Positions 62,998 through 64,000 of a DNA stretch of 64,000 nt are shown here, piece after piece. How positions within the stretch are numbered: position 1 is the stretch's first letter; every line of letters starts with the position of its first letter. Position numbers and translations under genes: made by a program. Source of the DNA: Candidatus Altiarchaeota archaeon (GTDB lineage: Archaea > Altiarchaeota > Altiarchaeia > IMC4 > SCGC-AAA252-I15); contig JBDRLL010000010.1 of NCBI GenBank assembly GCA_043813075.1, forward strand, positions 64,001-128,000. Reading direction: 5' to 3'. Below the pieces are notes generated by a model. It worked only from the letters and a program-made list of their open reading frames with translations, was not told the origin of the DNA and made no database searches.

Positions 62998-64000
62998 ATG
63001 ATGTTGCACGCCACAAATTCCAGATCATTCTCCGTCTTGCTCTGCATTATACTCTCATTTAACCTCATCAACTCCATGTTCCACGTCTTAAACGCCGAAT
63101 TCGATCACGACGAATTCCAGCACATGCACATAGCCTGGAACATACTGGCTGGTAAAGTCGTGTACCGGGATTTCTTCGACCACCATGGCCCCCTATTCTC
63201 AATGCTTAACGGATTCTTCCTCAGGCTGCTGGGCATTGAAGCATCAGTATCCACTCTCTTTTACCTCAGGGCAACCAGCCTCCTGTACATGTCACTGACA
63301 CTGTATCTTACGTTTAGGATAGCCTCCGAAGCCTTAGAGTCAAGGCAGGCAGGCCTTTTGTCGGCGGCAATACTCTCCGGGCTGCTCGTATTCCAACTCA
63401 AGTCAACCGAGTTTCGGCCTGACGTCCTCCAGTCTGTCCTATGGCTTTCAGGACTGTATGTCGTTCTGATGGATTCTGGTGGGGGCTGGAGGAGTCGCCT
63501 CTTCCTGGCGGGGATTCTGTTTGGTGGCGTGGTGATGACCACAATGAAGGGTGTTGTCGGCGTCGCATCAGTCATACTCTACTACCTCGTAGTTTGTCTA
63601 AGGGGTGTCCAAGAATGTGGGCAGTGCACCCGGAATATCCTGTCACTGATTTCAGGCATGCTCGTAGTGTTCCTACTGTTATGCATATACTTCCTCTCTT
63701 ACGGCGCTCTAAGCGAATTCATCTACTATAACACATGGTTTAACCTTCATGCGTTCATGAACCATAATAACGATAATTTCTCGAGCATCATGTTATTCCT
63801 CATGGAAACCCAGCCCCTCTTCGTGGCCGCCGGCCTTGGAGGCCTTTTGATGTTGGGTTGGGGACTTATTATCCCAGGCTCCCGCGGTCCTGGCTATTCG
63901 AGGAGGCTGTTGCTGTTCACGTCCTCCCTGGTTGCTGTTTTTTCCGCGCCACTTGGATTGTATCCGCAGCATTACCTCCTCATACTGCCCCTGTTGTCTG
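62998..64000 (+). CDS. GT-C (ArnT-like) membrane glycosyltransferase, runs off the window end
   Basis: Not in the ORF track. My translation gives ...FDHDEFQHMHIAWNILAGKVVYRDFFDHHGPL...KSTEFRPD plus multiple TMs. Confidence 0.82.
   Translation, partial: MMLHATNSRSFSVLLCIILSFNLINSMFHVLNAEFDHDEFQHMHIAWNILAGKVVYRDFFDHHGPLFSMLNGFFLRLLGIEASVSTLFYLRATSLLYMSLTLYLTFRIASEALESRQAGLLSAAILSGLLVFQLKSTEFRPDVLQSVLWLSGLYVVLMDSGGGWRSRLFLAGILFGGVVMTTMKGVVGVASVILYYLVVCLRGVQECGQCTRNILSLISGMLVVFLLLCIYFLSYGALSEFIYYNTWFNLHAFMNHNNDNFSSIMLFLMETQPLFVAAGLGGLLMLGWGLIIPGSRGPGYSRRLLLFTSSLVAVFSAPLGLYPQHYLLILPLLS

Overview
This is a 64-kb window of an archaeal chromosome. The evidence is the S6e-aIF2gamma-PIN-RpoE'-Spt4-DUF359-S24e-S27ae superoperon, aIF2alpha, Pop5, aTrm56, split GuaAA/GuaAB and a tRNA with a BHB intron. 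The many Cys-rich secreted proteins suggest a DPANN/Altiarchaeota-like lineage, but that is inference only. Housekeeping genes are interspersed with cell-surface modification genes: GT2, four GT-C/GT39-like membrane proteins, an O-carbamoyltransferase with SxtJ/SxtK-like partners, three B12-radical SAM proteins and five Thr-nucleophile AlkP-superfamily enzymes. Three things stand out. (1) A 13.6-kb minus-strand cluster (14558-28178) encodes a 1736-aa TrbL/VirB6-like membrane protein with a very long Gly/Ala tail, a secreted Cys-rich protein with a catalytically degenerate M23/LytM domain, a 1502-aa Cys-rich secreted protein and two small membrane proteins. It is a candidate undescribed contact or secretion (T4SS/Ced-like) surface system. 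(2) Two unrelated tRNA genes (Arg-TCG and Ile-GAT), 34 kb apart, are each followed by a hairpin-packed mini-insert, a duplicated tRNA 3' end and a shared, covarying two-hairpin element. This looks like a small tRNA-targeting element or structured RNA family. (3) An eroded but still open-frame remnant of the archaeal bifunctional FBP aldolase/phosphatase sits directly behind a class II FBP aldolase, near a class I FBPase and an atypical PfkA. No CRISPR array, rRNA, integrase or transposase was seen. All family assignments come from motif recognition by eye, not database searches.
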